This document shows, piece after piece, positions 61,984 through 64,000 of a DNA stretch of 64,000 nt. The number at the start of each line of letters is the position of its first letter. Within the stretch, counting starts at the first letter, position 1. A program made the position numbers and the translations under genes. The notes beneath the pieces are model-generated. The model made no database searches. It saw only the letters and a list, made by a program, of their open reading frames with translations, and was not told the DNA's origin. Source of the DNA: Terriglobia bacterium (GTDB lineage: Bacteria; Acidobacteriota; Terriglobia; JAJPHL01; JAPKYU01); the NCBI GenBank assembly GCA_965206645.1, contig CBDBKE010000001.1, positions 312,930 to 376,929 of the forward strand. The letters run 5' to 3'.

Positions 61984-64000
61984 ATGTTCAAACGGGTCTT
62001 TACATCAAGCGTTGCGGTGCTTTTTCTTCTGGGAATTGCTTACGTCCCCCATTTGGCCCAGGAAATAGACATCCAGGCGTTGCCTCCTGCGGCAAAAATC
62101 CAGGTTGATTTTTCACGGGACGTCGAGCCGCTGTTTCGAGAGAGGTGCTCCATCTGCCATGGCCCGAAGCAGCAGATGGGTGGATTACGCCTGGACAGTA
62201 AGGCTGCAACGTTGGCCGGAGGCAACTCCGGGCCGGTGATTAAGCCGGGGAACAGCGCCGGAAGCAGGCTCATCCACATGGTCGCGGGCTTAGTGAAGGG
62301 TTCGGTCATGCCGATGGTGGGAGAAAGGCTGACCGTGGAGCAGGTGAGCCTTCTGCGAGGGTGGATTGACCAGGGTGCCAAGTGGGCGCAGGAGCCGGCG
62401 GCGGCGAAGCAAGCTACCACCCTGCAGGTCCCAAGCCCACGAAGTAAGCACTGGGCCTTCAATGCCCCTCAGCGCCCGGCCCTTCCGAACGTGCGCAACC
62501 AGACCTGGATTCGCAACCCGATTGATGCCTTTGTCCTTGCTCGGTTGGAAGCAGAGAAAATCGTGCCCTCTCCGGAGGCCGACCGGTCTACTTTGATTCG
62601 GCGCCTCTACTTCGATCTGATCGGGCTGCCCCCGACACCTGAGGAAGTGGCCCAGTTCTTAGCTGACCAGCGCCCGGATGCGTATGAGCGCCTGGTGGAC
62701 CGCCTGCTTGCTTCGACCCATTACGGAGAGAAGTGGGCGCGGCAATGGCTTGATCTGGCTCACTACGCCGACAGTGACGGCTATGAAAAGGACTTTGTCC
62801 GTCCTTACGCCTGGCGTTGGCGCGATTGGGTGATTCAAGCGCTGAATCGCAACATTCCCTTCGACCAGTTCACACTCGAGCAGCTCGCGGGCGACCTGCT
62901 GCCGAATGCTACTGCCGAGCAAAAGATCGCGACCGGATTTTTTCGCAACACCCTGACGAATCGCGAAGGTGGCGTTAAACCCGAAGAGTACCGGATCGAA
63001 CAGATTGTGGATCGCACCTCGACCCTGGGAGCCGTTTGGCTGGGGCTCACGGTCGGCTGTGCCCGTTGCCATGACCACAAGTACGATCCGATCAGCCAGC
63101 GCGAGTTTTATCAGCTCTTCGCGTTTTTCAATAGCGCTAAGGAAGCAAATATCGAAGTCCCTTACCTGGGAGAATTGGGGACTTATCTACAGCGGCAGGT
63201 AGAGTACGAACATAAACGAAAAGCATTATTGGCTGAGTACAAGGTGCCGGAACTCTATCCCGATTGGGAAAAGAAAACGCTGGCGGCCGGGCGGAACCCG
63301 GGCGCCAATCCTCCTTACGACGCCGGTTGGTCCAACCTGCTGGTCACAGTGGACGAGGGAGGCAAATTGCTGATGCTTCCTCCCCACGAGCGGACCCAAA
63401 AACAGCAGGATAAGCTGACCGACTTTTTTGCCGACTTTTATCAGGTTTCTGTTGGGAAGAAAAAATACGAAGAACTGAAGTTGGAAGAACTAAAGGAGAA
63501 GCTGCATAATCTGAAAAAGGAATATCCTGGACCTACCGAGGCCCAGATCCTGATGCAGAATCCTCAGCCTCCCAAGACCCACATCCTGATCCGCGGGGAT
63601 TACCTACAACCGGGAATCGAGGTCCAGCCGGGCGTGCTGTCCATTCTCAATTCCCCTCCCCCGGCTCCCAACCCTTCACGCCTGGACCTGGCCAAGTGGG
63701 TGGTGTCTGAGGAAAATCCACTGACCTCGCGCATATGGGTCAACCGCGCTTGGCAAGAGTTTTTCGGTCGTGGCCTGGTAGGGACGCCAGGTGACTTCGG
63801 CACACGATCCGAGCCAGCCTCGCACCCCGAATTGCTCGACTGGCTAGCCACTGACTTTATGTCAAGTGGCTGGGACATGAAGAAAATGCACAGGCTCATC
63901 GTGCAATCGGCTACCTACCGGCAGTCCTCGCACGTAAGGCCAGAGATGGAAACCAATGATCCCGGTAACAAGATGCTGGCTCGTCAGGTCCGCCTGCGTC
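61984..64000 (+). CDS. Planctomycete-type cytochrome c with PSCyt2 (DUF1549) and PSD1 (DUF1553) domains; runs off the window end
   Basis: VDFSRDVEP...[34 protein letters not shown] and [10 protein letters not shown] motifs. Confidence 0.92.
   Translation, partial: MFKRVFTSSVAVLFLLGIAYVPHLAQEIDIQALPPAAKIQVDFSRDVEPLFRERCSICHGPKQQMGGLRLDSKAATLAGGNSGPVIKPGNSAGSRLIHMVAGLVKGSVMPMVGERLTVEQVSLLRGWIDQGAKWAQEPAAAKQATTLQVPSPRSKHWAFNAPQRPALPNVRNQTWIRNPIDAFVLARLEAEKIVPSPEADRSTLIRRLYFDLIGLPPTPEEVAQFLADQRPDAYERLVDRLLASTHYGEKWARQWLDLAHYADSDGYEKDFVRPYAWRWRDWVIQALNRNIPFDQFTLEQLAGDLLPNATAEQKIATGFFRNTLTNREGGVKPEEYRIEQIVDRTSTLGAVWLGLTVGCARCHDHKYDPISQREFYQLFAFFNSAKEANIEVPYLGELGTYLQRQVEYEHKRKALLAEYKVPELYPDWEKKTLAAGRNPGANPPYDAGWSNLLVTVDEGGKLLMLPPHERTQKQQDKLTDFFADFYQVSVGKKKYEELKLEELKEKLHNLKKEYPGPTEAQILMQNPQPPKTHILIRGDYLQPGIEVQPGVLSILNSPPPAPNPSRLDLAKWVVSEENPLTSRIWVNRAWQEFFGRGLVGTPGDFGTRSEPASHPELLDWLATDFMSSGWDMKKMHRLIVQSATYRQSSHVRPEMETNDPGNKMLARQVRLR

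Overview
GC-rich bacterial DNA, most likely Acidobacteriota (inference from a Solibacter-type C-terminal domain protein, DUF1501 plus PSD1/cytochrome c genes, mqnD and the RpoD style). The window shows strong IS expansion and gene decay. It has four near-identical IS3 copies, two IS5 (IS903-like) copies, one IS6, one IS1380, two copies of a 119-bp MITE with IS6-type ends, IS fragments, and many truncated, frameshifted or chimeric genes. Recognisable content includes an M48 protease, two toxin-antitoxin modules, mqnD, rodZ, a GAF-GGDEF cyclase, a UvrC-like protein, an HprK-like kinase/nucleotidyltransferase cluster beside a surface-polysaccharide locus, and M28 and M4 peptidases. Also present are a decayed defence island (ArsR-nuclease-like fusion, HEPN protein, type III Mod remnant), actP, rpoD, a ColE1-type mob remnant beside nirK, and aas. 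The best novelty candidates are a promoter-driven, highly structured ~200-nt RNA (10750-10946), a 64-bp foreign transposase patch inside one IS3, the MITE, and the kinase/nucleotidyltransferase cluster. Family calls come from motif recognition by eye; no database searches were run.
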